A DNA stretch of 64,000 nucleotides. Source: Candidatus Latescibacterota bacterium (lineage in GTDB: Bacteria > Latescibacterota > UBA2968 > UBA8231). The notes under the pieces were generated by a model. It made no database searches and was not told the origin of the DNA. It saw only the letters and a list, made by a program, of their open reading frames with translations. Position 1 is the stretch's first letter; the number at the start of each line of letters is the position of its first letter. The position numbers and the translations under genes are program-made. Shown piece by piece: positions 9,255-19,596 of this stretch. The stretch is from assembly GCA_965208105.1 (NCBI GenBank), contig OZ242318.1:4512001-4576000 (forward strand), in the 5' to 3' direction.

Positions 9255-10427
9255 TCAGGGCGCCACGGCCTGAAGCACCCGGTAGCTTCTCTCCGCCACG
9301 GCCTCGGCGCTGAATCTTTCTTCGATCCTTTTCCGGGCCCTGGTCCCCATTCGCCGGCAGCGCTCGGGGTCGGCCAGCAGGTCCAGGAGCCTGGCGGCCG
9401 TGTCGCCCACGTCGTCCGGCAGCGCCAGGACCCCGGTCTCGCCGTCCACTATGATCTCGGGGGTGCTGCTGTGATCGGCCCCTATGCTGGGAAGCTCGAA
9501 GGCACCCGCCTCCATGTAGACGTTGGCCATTCCCTCGCGCACGCTGGTCATCATGAAAATCCGGGCGCTGCTGTAAAGGTCGTAGAGTTCCTCCGACATG
9601 GGAGGAATGGATCCCAGCAGGAAAACGTAACCCGAGGCCCCCAAGTCCCTCACCAGACGCTCCAGCCGCGGCATCTGGGGACCGTCTCCAACCACCACGT
9701 GACACAGGTCGGGAACCTGCCGGCGGGCTATCGCCACCGCGCGAATGGCCAGATCCACCCGCTTGCGCCCGGTCAACCTAGAGACTGTCAACACCGTCCG
9801 GCGATGGCGCAGGAACGGGTATTTGCTCAGGAGGCGGTGGGGATCGAATTGGTAGTCCGCGATCCTCGAGAAATCGAACCCGGAGGAATTGATGAAGATT
9901 TTCTCAGCGCACACGCCCTTGCCCTCGGCGGTCCGCTTGAGGTAGCCGCTTGCGGCGGCGATGGCACTGGAGAGGCGGTAGCAGCGCCGCTGGGGAATGC
10001 TCTGCAGCCTGGCGCGGAGTCCTTTTCCGGGAAGGCGGGTGAGAATGTCCGAACCGCGCAGGCAGGAAACCACGGACAGGTCTGGCCCGCCGGCCTCCCA
10101 CAGCAGACCCACGATCCGCGTCGAGGCCCCATTGGTGGTCCACAGACTGTGGGGCCTGAACCGCCTCAGGGTGCGGCGCAGCCAGCGCAGGGCCACCAGG
10201 TAGCGCCAGGGTCCGGCAGCCGCACAGGGCATGCGCACTATGCGGTAGGGTTGTTCCCGGTCGAAAGCATGGCGCCTCCGCCTTTCACCACGCGGGGCCA
10301 GTACCAGGACCTCCGCGCCTTTGGAGCTCAACCCCTGCGCCAGGCGGCTGGCGTAGGTGGCCGTGCCCACCGCGGATGGGGGGAATTCCATGGCCAGGAT
10401 CAGCACTTTGTAGGATTTTTCGGCCAT
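9255..10427 (-). CDS. Glycosyltransferase family 4
   Basis: EFPPSAVG, VSRLTGRK, VVGDGP, EGMANVYMEA (EX7E), DGETGVL. Confidence 0.9.
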   Translation of the reverse strand: MAEKSYKVLILAMEFPPSAVGTATYASRLAQGLSSKGAEVLVLAPRGERRRRHAFDREQPYRIVRMPCAAAGPWRYLVALRWLRRTLRRFRPHSLWTTNGASTRIVGLLWEAGGPDLSVVSCLRGSDILTRLPGKGLRARLQSIPQRRCYRLSSAIAAASGYLKRTAEGKGVCAEKIFINSSGFDFSRIADYQFDPHRLLSKYPFLRHRRTVLTVSRLTGRKRVDLAIRAVAIARRQVPDLCHVVVGDGPQMPRLERLVRDLGASGYVFLLGSIPPMSEELYDLYSSARIFMMTSVREGMANVYMEAGAFELPSIGADHSSTPEIIVDGETGVLALPDDVGDTAARLLDLLADPERCRRMGTRARKRIEERFSAEAVAERSYRVLQAVAP

Positions 10428-10611
10428 AGTGACGAAAGGTGGATCTGTGATTCCATTGCGGATGGATAAATATAGCGACCGGAACAGGGCCATTCCACCT
10501 TGGAGGGAGGCCGCGGCTTTTGGTGGGGTGCGGGGATTTCTCTATATTTGCAGCCCGATGAACTGGTCCGTGAATCGAGGTCTGGTAGAGAGGAAACCCC
10601 TGCACAACGGG

Positions 10612-12207
10612 ATGGAAACGACGGCATCACCTCCAGGACTGCCCCGCGCTTCGGCCGAAGCCGAGAAGGACATCGAGGATCTCGCCGGCGGCGCCGCGGT
10701 CACCTTCCTGGGTAAAATCGCGCGGGTTTCCAGAGGTGCCTTCATCTGGGTGGTCACCCTGCTCTACGGGTTGGACGTCCTGGCGCTCTATTCCTTGGCC
10801 TGGGGGCTGGTGGCGACCCTGAACCGGATCGGCCGGTTCGGCCTGCAGCGGGGGGTGGTGCGCTACGTGGTGGAAGCCCGGTCCCGGGGCGATGCAGCCG
10901 GGGCGGAGCGCGTCGTCGCCACCGCTCTCGGAATAGGTCTGGCGGCGGGCACCGCGGTGGCAGCCGCCGTCTTCCTGAGCGCGGATTGGGTGGCTGATTT
11001 CTACCAGAAGCCCGTGGCCCCGGCGCTGCGCATACTGGCCTGGTCGGCGCCGTTCATCGCGGTGGGGTGGATCTTCACCGCCGCGGTAAGGGCCCTGCGC
11101 ATCGTGCGCTACGGGGTCTACGTCATGTCCGTTGCGGGGCCCCTCTTCCTGCTGGCGGGGGGACTTGCCGCCGGCTTCACGTCGCCCAGTCTGGAGAGCG
11201 TGGCCTGGGTGCAGCTCTCCGCCGCAGTGGGAATCTGCCTCCTGGCCGCCTCCTACTTCCACCGGTTTTTCTCGCTTCCCCGCTGCCTGTGGCGTCTGGG
11301 GAGGGGGTTCTCGCGGAAGGCACTGACCAGGTTCTCCTTTCCGGTGATGCTCACCGATCTTCTGCAGGGACTGCTGACCCAGCTCGACGTGCTGATGCTG
11401 GGGTGGTTCGTTCCCCGGGACCAGATCTACCTGGTGGGCGTCTATGTTCTCGCCCGGCGCATCGCCAGCGCCATGCTGAAGGCGCCCCAGGCCTTCGATC
11501 CCATATTCAGCCCGGTGGTCAGCGAGCTCTCCTACCGCCGGCGCAACCAGGAGCTTGCCCATCGCTTCGTTGTTGTCTCGCGCTGGATTCTGACCGTCAA
11601 TCTGCCTGTTTTTGCGGGAATTCTGATGGTCGGCGACCACATCCTGGTTTTGCTGTCCGGCACCCAGGTGGCCGCCTCCGCCGATATCGAGGTGGGAATC
11701 AAGATCCTTTTCATTCTCTGCGTCGGAATGATGGTACAGGGAATCTTCGCCCTGATCGGACCTCTGCTGGCCATGTCCGGGAGGCCCTACCTCAATCTGT
11801 TCAACAACAGCCTCTGGCTCGCGGTCAATTTCCTCCTCAATTTCTGGCTCATTGGACGCTACGGCATAGTAGGCGCCGCCATGGGGGCCACATTCTCCAT
11901 GCTTCTGGTCAACATCCTGCGCGTAGCCCAGGTCAGAGTCCTCTATCAAATCATTCCATTCCGCCGCTCGCAGCTCAAGCCCCTGCTGGCCGCCCTCGGG
12001 GCGGCCCTGGCGGGATGGCTTGGCGAGAGTGTGTTTCCCGGAATCTTCTGGTCGGCGGTGGGCGTCCTCGCGGTTTTTCTGGGGGTTTATGTCTCGCTTC
12101 TCTACCTGCTTGGCATGGAAGAGGAAGACCGGGTGCTCATGCGCCGGATAAGACAGTGGATCGAGCGCTTCCCCCGTCGGGGAGAGGGGCGTCGGGACGA
12201 AAATTAA
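10612..12207 (+). CDS. Oligosaccharide flippase (Wzx/MOP family)
   Basis: Many TM helices, DVLMLGWF, GIVGAAMGA; flanked by glycan genes. Start uncertain. Confidence 0.85.
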   Translation: METTASPPGLPRASAEAEKDIEDLAGGAAVTFLGKIARVSRGAFIWVVTLLYGLDVLALYSLAWGLVATLNRIGRFGLQRGVVRYVVEARSRGDAAGAERVVATALGIGLAAGTAVAAAVFLSADWVADFYQKPVAPALRILAWSAPFIAVGWIFTAAVRALRIVRYGVYVMSVAGPLFLLAGGLAAGFTSPSLESVAWVQLSAAVGICLLAASYFHRFFSLPRCLWRLGRGFSRKALTRFSFPVMLTDLLQGLLTQLDVLMLGWFVPRDQIYLVGVYVLARRIASAMLKAPQAFDPIFSPVVSELSYRRRNQELAHRFVVVSRWILTVNLPVFAGILMVGDHILVLLSGTQVAASADIEVGIKILFILCVGMMVQGIFALIGPLLAMSGRPYLNLFNNSLWLAVNFLLNFWLIGRYGIVGAAMGATFSMLLVNILRVAQVRVLYQIIPFRRSQLKPLLAALGAALAGWLGESVFPGIFWSAVGVLAVFLGVYVSLLYLLGMEEEDRVLMRRIRQWIERFPRRGEGRRDEN

Positions 12208-12238
12208 TTCCGGTTGCACCGGATAGATCGGTTGGTGG

Positions 12239-12955
12239 ATGCGAGCTATTATCCTTGCGGCGGGAGCGGGAACCCGCCTCAGCCCCCTTACGAATGGATG
12301 TCCCAAGTGCCTGGTGCCGGTGGGCGGCAAGGTTCTCTCCGACTATCAGGTCGGGGCTCTGCGGGCGGCGGGGGTGGAGGACATCGTCCTGGTCGTCGGG
12401 TGTGAAGCGGGGCAGATACGCCGTCACTACGGCGAGGAGATGCGCTATGTCGAAAACCCCGACTACCTGACCACCAACAGCATCTACTCCCTCTACCTCG
12501 CCCGCGGCGAGCTGGACGCGAATGTTTTCCTCTTCAACTGTGATATTCTCTTCCATCCTGAGCTGCTGCATCGCATGCTGGCAGCGGAGTCCCCCAACGT
12601 GGTCGCGGTGGATTCGAGGGCGGAACGCCTGGCAAACGAGATGAACGTTGCCCTCGATCGGGGGGGCAGGGTCCGGGCGATCGGCAAGGAGCTGGACCCG
12701 GCCGCAGCCCAGGCCCGGAGCGTGCAGCTGGTGAAGTTCGATGCGGCCGGCGCCTCCCTGGTGCGCGGCGAAGTGGAGCGGCTGGTCCGCATGCGGCAAA
12801 TGGACGGCTTTCCCACCGCGGCCTATGGTCCCCTCATCGAGTCGGGGATGCTCCACGCGGTGGAAGGAGGCGATTTGCCCTGGACCGAAGTGGACTCCAT
12901 GGAAGATTACCAGCGTGCACTGAAAACGGTACTCCCGCGCCTGGAGGACATCTGA
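12239..12955 (+). CDS. Phosphocholine/sugar-phosphate cytidylyltransferase family (LicC-like)
   Basis: AIILAAGAGTRL, PKCL, NPDYLTTNSIYSL, WTEVDSMED. Confidence 0.85.
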   Translation: MRAIILAAGAGTRLSPLTNGCPKCLVPVGGKVLSDYQVGALRAAGVEDIVLVVGCEAGQIRRHYGEEMRYVENPDYLTTNSIYSLYLARGELDANVFLFNCDILFHPELLHRMLAAESPNVVAVDSRAERLANEMNVALDRGGRVRAIGKELDPAAAQARSVQLVKFDAAGASLVRGEVERLVRMRQMDGFPTAAYGPLIESGMLHAVEGGDLPWTEVDSMEDYQRALKTVLPRLEDI

Positions 12956-13035
12956 TCCCAGCAATCAGCACACCTCCGTCCCCGCTTGTCTGCATCGACG
13001 CGACCCGCGCCGGCGCCGCTTCCGAGCTGTGGGGC

Positions 13036-14262
13036 ATGACCCTGGTCGAGCGCCAGATGCGCGAAATGGCCCTCAAAGGCGCCCGCCGCTTCCGCGTCTG
13101 GATTTCTCCACGGACCGCCGCGCTGGCAGAGCGTCTGCGTCCCGACCTCGACAGGTTGTACCAGGTGGAGCGCAGCTTCACCATGGTGGCGGGAGCTTCC
13201 CTGAACTACCATGACCTCGCCCAGGTCCGGGAGGAGGCCGTGGTGCTGGAAGGCGATGTTCTCTACGACGACCGCATCCTGACCCATCTTCTGCTGGAGG
13301 GACCGGGTTGCGTCGTGAAGGGTGGCCAGGGGACCTCGGCGCTGTACCTGGACGCCGCGGGGATTGCCGGGTTGGCCACCCGGCTTCGGGACCGGGAGTC
13401 ATCCACGCCCGGGTCACTGGGCGAGTTGCTGCAGGGGTCTCCCGGCGGGTCCGGGCTGCGCACCTGGACCCCGGGCGACCTCGATTCCTACGTTCCTTCC
13501 CTGCGCCTGACCATGGAGCCGTACATGGTCAGAGTTGCCGCCGCCGGCCAGCTTCGCCGCCTCGACCGCCTGATGTACCGCCGCACCTTCAAGGGGGCCA
13601 TCGACGCGGTCGCCCGCTACGGCTACTACCATCCGGTGCGCTGGCTCACCCGCCAGCTGTGCAGGACCTCGCTGGCGCCCAACGTGGTCACCGTCCTGTC
13701 CCTGCTGTGCATCTGGGCGGCCATTCCCTGTTTCGCCTGCGGCCTCCTCGGCGCCGGTGCGCTGGTTGCGTGGGCAGGGGTCATTCTCGATTCGGTGGAT
13801 GGCAAGTTGGCCCGCCTGCGGCTGCACCTGAGCGCCAGGATGGGAGCGCTGGAGCACGTCCTCGCGGCTCCGGGACTGGGGTTGTGGTACATCGCATGGG
13901 GCTGGCACTTGAGCGCGGGAGAGCTGCTGGCGGTGGAAGCCGGGGCGGTGCTTACCTGGACCGCGGTGGCCGCCTTCGTGCTGGACAAGGTGGTCAGCGG
14001 AGGCTTCAGGATATGCTTCGGCAGGGAGATTTTCGACTACCGGCCCCTGGACGCGGTCTTCCACCTCTTCGCCGCTCGAAGGAACGTAACCTTGCTGATC
14101 ATGACCGCGGGAGCGGCCTCGGGACGCGAACGAGAAGCCTTCCGGGCCATTGTCGCGTGGACTCTGGCCACCCTGCTTTTCCACGCCTCGCGCTTTGCCT
14201 GGGTAGCGGCTTCGGCAAGAATCAAACCCACTTCCAGGATCGTTCCCGGCGGCCAGGAATGA
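13036..14262 (+). CDS. CDP-alcohol phosphatidyltransferase family protein with degenerate N-terminal NTP-transferase-like domain
   Basis: APNVVT and LDSVDGKLAR motifs, TM C-terminus; frame stays open upstream to at least 12952. Confidence 0.8.
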   Translation: MTLVERQMREMALKGARRFRVWISPRTAALAERLRPDLDRLYQVERSFTMVAGASLNYHDLAQVREEAVVLEGDVLYDDRILTHLLLEGPGCVVKGGQGTSALYLDAAGIAGLATRLRDRESSTPGSLGELLQGSPGGSGLRTWTPGDLDSYVPSLRLTMEPYMVRVAAAGQLRRLDRLMYRRTFKGAIDAVARYGYYHPVRWLTRQLCRTSLAPNVVTVLSLLCIWAAIPCFACGLLGAGALVAWAGVILDSVDGKLARLRLHLSARMGALEHVLAAPGLGLWYIAWGWHLSAGELLAVEAGAVLTWTAVAAFVLDKVVSGGFRICFGREIFDYRPLDAVFHLFAARRNVTLLIMTAGAASGREREAFRAIVAWTLATLLFHASRFAWVAASARIKPTSRIVPGGQE

Positions 14263-17084
14263 CCTCCTCGACCATTTCAATTCGCGGCGCTTCTGAACAC
14301 AATCTGGACGACCTCGACCTGGACCTGCCCCACGGCAGCTTGATCGCCGTCAGCGGGGTATCGGGATCGGGGAAATCTTCCCTGGCCTTCGACACGATCT
14401 ACTCCGAGGCGCGCCGCCGCTACCTGATGACCCTGGACCGCAGGGGACAGGCCCTGGTGCGGCGGCTCAAGGCGCCCGCGGTCCGCAGTCTCGAGGGGCT
14501 GGCTCCCGCGGTGGCAATCGGCCAGGTCCGCAGGCAGGACAATCCACGTTCGACGGTGGCCACTCTTGCCGGAATTCACAACTACCTGCGCCTGCTCTTC
14601 GCCCGCCTGGGCAGCCCCCTCTGCCTGGCCTGTGGGGCCGAGGTGCGGTCCCAGCGCTTCGAGGAGGTCTACGAAACGGTTGCCGGTCTGCCCGAGGGTA
14701 CGAAGCTGCTGGTCCTGGCGCCGCGGCGGCTGGAAGAGGGTGAAAGCGGGGCCGCCCTCCTGGATTGGATCGAAGGATGCGGCTATCGCCGCCTGCGCCT
14801 GGATGGCCGGATTCTGCTCCTCGAAGAGGTCGCCCGGTCCACCCTCCGCGGCCGCCGTTTCGAGGTGGTGGTCGATCGTCTGGTGGTAAGGCCCGACAAC
14901 CGCCGCCGGCTGAAGGGATCCTTGCAGGCCGCGGTGGAGGCCGGCGACGGCCGCGTGGTGGTGATCGGCGCCGAGAGCGCGGTCGAGATGGCCTTCTCGG
15001 TGCGTCCCAGTTGCTCGGCCTGCGGCCAACCCTTCCCGCCGGTTTCGCCGGCGCTGTTCTCCTTCAACAGTTCCCAGGGAGCCTGTCCGGCCTGCCGCGG
15101 TCTGGGCGTATGCGGCGGCCCGGGCATGGAGCAGGTCTTCGACCGGGGCTCCGCTTCGGTGGCGGGCGCGCTGGCTCCGCTGTGGCAGGAGTTCGGCCAC
15201 GAGGACTTGCGCCGGATTCTGGAAGAATTCTGCACGGCGTCCGGCGTGGACCCCGACGAGGGGCTGAGGGAATGGCCGCCCGAGACGGCCGCGAGACTGT
15301 GGAAGGGGACGAGGCGGAGAGGGGGGTTTGGGGGAATCGGGCGATGGCTGGAACAGCGGCGCGGCAGGGCCTCCGGTGCCGAATTGACCTGGCTGGAGGA
15401 ACGATTGGGAGACCGGGTCTGCCCGCAATGCCTGGGGTCGCGGCTCAGGCCCGAGGCCCTCTCGGTGATGATAGGGGAGCATTCCATTTCCTCGGTCTGC
15501 CGGATGTCCATCGGACTCGCCGCGGACCTTTTTTCTGAGATGGAGTTCACCGGGACTGGTGCCGCTGTCGGCAGCGCCCTGGTGGAGAGGATACGCGGCA
15601 GCCTGCGCAGCTTCGAATCACTCGGTCTGGGTTACCTCGGGTTGGAGCGCGGCACCGGGTCCATCTCCGCCGGCGAGTTGCACCGCCTGCGTCTGGGGGC
15701 GGCCCTGGGTTCGGGAATGACCCGGGTGCTCTACGTCCTGGACGAGCCCAGCGTCGGGCTCCACGCCCGCGACGTGGGACGCCTGCTCCGCTCCCTGGAG
15801 GAGCTGCGCGACGCCGGCAATACGGTTCTGGTGGTCGAGCACGACGCCGGAATCGTCGGCGCCGCCGACATGGTGGTCGAGCTGGGACCGGGAGCCGGCC
15901 ACCAGGGGGGACGCGTGGTGGCCCTGGGCTCGCCGCGGGAAATCGAGGCCTCGGGATCCCTTACCGGACGATACCTCAGCGGGGCGCTGCAGCTCGGCCA
16001 GGGGGAGCCCCGCCCAGCCGGGTCCGGGGGCTGGCTCGAGTTGCGCGGTCTGGGCGGCCACAACCTGAAGAACATCGACGTTTCCATTCCTCTCGGGAAT
16101 CTGGTCTGTGTCACCGGTGTGTCGGGTTCGGGCAAAAGCACGTTGGTGAACGATACCCTGAGGCCCTTGCTGGCCGCCCGCCTGCAGGGCGCCGTGGTCC
16201 AGCCCCTGGCCCATGAGTCGTGCGCGGGGTTGGAGAATCTCGAACGGCTGGTGGCCGTCGACCAGAAACCCATCGGCCGCTCCCCGCGCTCCAATGCGGC
16301 GACCTACGCCGGCCTGCTGGGACCCATGCGGCGGCTTTTCGCCGGGTTGCCCCTGGCGCGGATGCGCGCCTACAAACCCGCTCATTTCAGCTTCAATGCC
16401 TCCGAGGGTGCCTGTGCCCGATGCGGCGGCAGCGGCCTTGCCGCCGCGAGGTTGGGGGGCTTCGAGGATTTCGACCCGGTCTGCCCCAGCTGCAGCGGCA
16501 GGCGCTACAAGGCCGAGGTGCTCGACATACGCTACCGGGGAAAGAGTATTGCCGAGGTCATGGACCTGAGCGTGGACGCCGCCCTGGAATTTTTCGACCC
16601 CATTCCCGAGCTCGCCCGGCGCCTGCTGGTGCTGAGACAGGTCGGCCTGGGTTACCTGCGGCTGGGACAGCCGGCCGGCAGTTTTTCAGGTGGCGAAGCA
16701 CAGCGGGTGAAGCTGGGCGCGGAACTCGGCCGGGCGCGGCGGGCGCATACGCTCTACATCCTGGACGAGCCCACCACCGGCCTGCACCTGGAGGACATCC
16801 GTTTCCTTCTGCGCCTGCTTCAGGGCCTTGTGGACGAAGGCAACACGGTCGTTGTGGTGGAGCACCAGGTCGAGCTGATCGCCGCGGCGGATTACCTTCT
16901 CGATCTGGGCCCCGAGGGCGGTGAGGCAGGGGGTCGGATAGTTGCGTCGGGGATGCCGCGGGAGGTGGCGGCGGTAGAGGCTTCCTGGACGGGAAGGGTA
17001 CTGCGCGAGCACTTCGAGAGGTTGTCGGGCCGGGAGCGGGAAAGCAAGGGAGTGAGAAAGACAGCCCGGACCGAAGATCCCTGA
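14259..17084 (+). CDS. uvrA: Excinuclease ABC subunit UvrA
   Basis: GASEHNL, GVSGSGKSSLAFDT, FSFNSSQGAC, second GVSGSGKST, FSGGEAQRVKL, CxxC zinc fingers; ATGA overlap with upstream gene. Confidence 0.93.
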   Translation: MTSSTISIRGASEHNLDDLDLDLPHGSLIAVSGVSGSGKSSLAFDTIYSEARRRYLMTLDRRGQALVRRLKAPAVRSLEGLAPAVAIGQVRRQDNPRSTVATLAGIHNYLRLLFARLGSPLCLACGAEVRSQRFEEVYETVAGLPEGTKLLVLAPRRLEEGESGAALLDWIEGCGYRRLRLDGRILLLEEVARSTLRGRRFEVVVDRLVVRPDNRRRLKGSLQAAVEAGDGRVVVIGAESAVEMAFSVRPSCSACGQPFPPVSPALFSFNSSQGACPACRGLGVCGGPGMEQVFDRGSASVAGALAPLWQEFGHEDLRRILEEFCTASGVDPDEGLREWPPETAARLWKGTRRRGGFGGIGRWLEQRRGRASGAELTWLEERLGDRVCPQCLGSRLRPEALSVMIGEHSISSVCRMSIGLAADLFSEMEFTGTGAAVGSALVERIRGSLRSFESLGLGYLGLERGTGSISAGELHRLRLGAALGSGMTRVLYVLDEPSVGLHARDVGRLLRSLEELRDAGNTVLVVEHDAGIVGAADMVVELGPGAGHQGGRVVALGSPREIEASGSLTGRYLSGALQLGQGEPRPAGSGGWLELRGLGGHNLKNIDVSIPLGNLVCVTGVSGSGKSTLVNDTLRPLLAARLQGAVVQPLAHESCAGLENLERLVAVDQKPIGRSPRSNAATYAGLLGPMRRLFAGLPLARMRAYKPAHFSFNASEGACARCGGSGLAAARLGGFEDFDPVCPSCSGRRYKAEVLDIRYRGKSIAEVMDLSVDAALEFFDPIPELARRLLVLRQVGLGYLRLGQPAGSFSGGEAQRVKLGAELGRARRAHTLYILDEPTTGLHLEDIRFLLRLLQGLVDEGNTVVVVEHQVELIAAADYLLDLGPEGGEAGGRIVASGMPREVAAVEASWTGRVLREHFERLSGRERESKGVRKTARTEDP

Positions 17085-17101
17085 AAGTGAGGAGTAGAAA
17101 T

Positions 17102-18280
17102 ATGCTGGAGATCGAATCGACCCAGGCCTACATGCGGGAAACCGGTGTGGACGCCTGGCTGGTCTACGACTTTCGCGGCAGCAACCCGGTTCTGTGGCAG
17201 CTTGTCGGGGGCAGCAGGGCGACCACCCGGAGAAGCTTTCTGCTGCTGCCCGCGCGAGGCGAGGCGAGGATCATCGCCCACGCAATCGAGAAGGAGGTCT
17301 TCTCGGATCTGGAGGTGGAGGTCGAGTCCTACGCCGGACGGGGGGAGATGCTCGACAGGGTGCGCGAAGCCCTGCAGGGGTGTTCGCGGGTGGCCATGGA
17401 GTACTCTCCCAGGGGCGAGTTGCCCGTCCTTTCGTGGGTGGACGGGGGCACCCTGGAGCTGATCAGGTCCCTTGGAGTGGAGGTGGTTTCGTCGGCCCCG
17501 CTCTCCCAGGTGGCGCTGACCCTGTGGAGCGAGGCGTCCCTGGAGTCACACCTGGACGCGTGCCGCCAGGTGGGCGAGGTCAAGGACGCCGCCTTCGACT
17601 ATATCCGCCAGGGATTGCAGGGAGGATCGTCCCTGACCGAGTCCGACGTCCAGGAGTTCATCCTGAGAGAGTTCCGCCGCCGCAGGCTGGAAACGGATCA
17701 TCCGCCCATCGTCGGCACCAACGCCAACAGCGGCAATCCCCACTACGAGCCCGTAGAAGGGAGGTCGGCGCAGATCGCCCGGGGAGATTGGGTATTGATC
17801 GACCTGTGGGCGAGGCGTCCGGGCGAAGGGAATGTTTTCGGCGACATCACCTGGGTCGGCTACGCCGGCGCCGGGGTCCCGGAGACTCATCAGCGCATAT
17901 TCGACCTGGTCGCCGAGGCCCGCGACAAGGTGGTTGAGCGCTTGCGCCGGGATTGGGACGCGGGCAGGACGGCGCAGGGCTGGGAACTGGACCGGGTGGC
18001 GCGCGACCTCATCGAGGCGGCCGGCTACGGCGCCCGTTTCCTCCACCGCACCGGGCACAGTCTGGGACCGGGTCCGAAGGTACATGCCCTGGGGGTGAAC
18101 CTGGACGATCTCGAGACCCACGACACCCGCGAGATTCTGCCCCGGACGGGATTCTCGGTGGAGCCCGGAATCTACCTGGCCGAGTTCGGGGTGAGACTGG
18201 AGATCAACGTGTACGTGGATGGGCGCTCGGGGCCCACGGTCACCACTCCCGTTCAGGACGAAGTGGTCGAGCTCGTCTAG
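17102..18280 (+). CDS. M24-family Xaa-Pro aminopeptidase-like metallopeptidase
   Basis: NPHY, LIDLW..GDIT, HRTGHSLG, SVEPGIY, GVRLE. Confidence 0.9.
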   Translation: MLEIESTQAYMRETGVDAWLVYDFRGSNPVLWQLVGGSRATTRRSFLLLPARGEARIIAHAIEKEVFSDLEVEVESYAGRGEMLDRVREALQGCSRVAMEYSPRGELPVLSWVDGGTLELIRSLGVEVVSSAPLSQVALTLWSEASLESHLDACRQVGEVKDAAFDYIRQGLQGGSSLTESDVQEFILREFRRRRLETDHPPIVGTNANSGNPHYEPVEGRSAQIARGDWVLIDLWARRPGEGNVFGDITWVGYAGAGVPETHQRIFDLVAEARDKVVERLRRDWDAGRTAQGWELDRVARDLIEAAGYGARFLHRTGHSLGPGPKVHALGVNLDDLETHDTREILPRTGFSVEPGIYLAEFGVRLEINVYVDGRSGPTVTTPVQDEVVELV

Positions 18281-18393
18281 ACCTTATGTATTGACGGAGA
18301 TATGAAAGACCTCCTCCGACTCGGTTGTCGGGGGTTATCTTTGGGAAAACGGAGTTCACCCAAAGACCTATCCCCAGCGAGAAGGAGGAGGCC

Positions 18394-19533
18394 ATGCGTA
18401 AATCTACGAAATTCGTCGCCTTGGACATACATAAAGATTCGATCACCGTCGCCCTGGCCGGTGAAGGCCGAAAAGGGCCAGACCTGTATGGAACGATACC
18501 GTCTACGGGCGCCGCGTTGTCCAAGCTGGCGGGCCAACTGGCCCGTGGTGGGACCTCGTTGCGGTTTTGCTACGAGGCCGGACCCTGCGGCTACGGCGTC
18601 TACCGTCAGCTCACAGCCCTGGGGCACGCCTGCACGGTGGTGGCGCCCTCGCTGATCCCGCGTCGGCCGGGCGACCGCATCAAGACCGACCGCCGCGATG
18701 CTGTGTCTCTGGTGCGGCTTTTCCAACACGGCGAGTTGACCCCCGTGTGGGTGCCCGACGAAGCGCAGGAGGCGATGCGCGATCTGGAGCGCTGCCGGGA
18801 AGACTTCAAGCACGCCGAGCGCCGCGTGCGCCAGCGGCTGAACAGCTTCTTGCAGCGCCACGGCCGGATCTACTCCGGGCGCAGTCGCTGGACCCAAGCC
18901 CACTTTCGCTGGCTGCAGACCCAGCGCTTCGATCATCCGGCCCAGCAGATCGTCTTTCAGGAATACGTGGACGCGGTACAGGAAGCCCAAGGTCGGATCC
19001 AGGGGTTGGACCAGGCCCTGCAGCAGGCGCTGGAGGGATGGTCTTTGGAAGGGGAGACGCGGGCTATGAGGGCGCTGCGCGGGGTAGACACGCTCACCGC
19101 GGTTACGACCCTGGCCGAGTTGGGGGACCTCACCCGCTTTGACTCGCCGCGCCAACTGATGGCCTTCGTCGGTCTGGTCCCCAGCGAGCATTCCAGCGGC
19201 TCCCGCCAAAAGCGAGGGGCGATCACCAAGGCGGGCAACGCCCACGTGCGGCGCGTGCTGGTGGAAGCCGCCTGGTGCTATCGCTTTCCCGCCCGCAAGA
19301 CGGCCGCCTTGCAACGACGCGCCGAACAGACCGCACCCCCCATACAGGCCATCGCCTGGAAGGCACAGAAACGCCTGTGTGGACGCTATCGACGGCTGAG
19401 TGGGCGAGGGATGCCGAAAAACAAAGTCTGCACCGCGATCGCGCGGGAGCTTTTGGGTTTCATCTGGGCCATCGCCTGGGAGCAGAAACGCCCCGGCCGC
19501 CTCGTGGCCAGGAGGCCTCGGATCGCCGCCTGA
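18394..19533 (+). CDS. IS110-family DEDD transposase/recombinase
   Basis: ALDIHK, YEAGPCG, KTDRRDA (DEDD residues), GLVPSEHSSG catalytic-Ser region, GAITKAGN; GGAGGAGG RBS. Confidence 0.95.
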   Translation: MRKSTKFVALDIHKDSITVALAGEGRKGPDLYGTIPSTGAALSKLAGQLARGGTSLRFCYEAGPCGYGVYRQLTALGHACTVVAPSLIPRRPGDRIKTDRRDAVSLVRLFQHGELTPVWVPDEAQEAMRDLERCREDFKHAERRVRQRLNSFLQRHGRIYSGRSRWTQAHFRWLQTQRFDHPAQQIVFQEYVDAVQEAQGRIQGLDQALQQALEGWSLEGETRAMRALRGVDTLTAVTTLAELGDLTRFDSPRQLMAFVGLVPSEHSSGSRQKRGAITKAGNAHVRRVLVEAAWCYRFPARKTAALQRRAEQTAPPIQAIAWKAQKRLCGRYRRLSGRGMPKNKVCTAIARELLGFIWAIAWEQKRPGRLVARRPRIAA

Positions 19534-19596
19534 TAAGCTCATCGTCTCAGAAGCCGGCATAGGACCTTTGCTCATGTAAATCGAAACGGGACAGAA

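Noticed and set aside
13308-14258. Apparent 317-aa N-terminal extension of UvrA
   Set aside because: Overlaps the CDP-alcohol phosphotransferase gene; UvrA homology starts at the ATG at 14259, coupled to the upstream stop.
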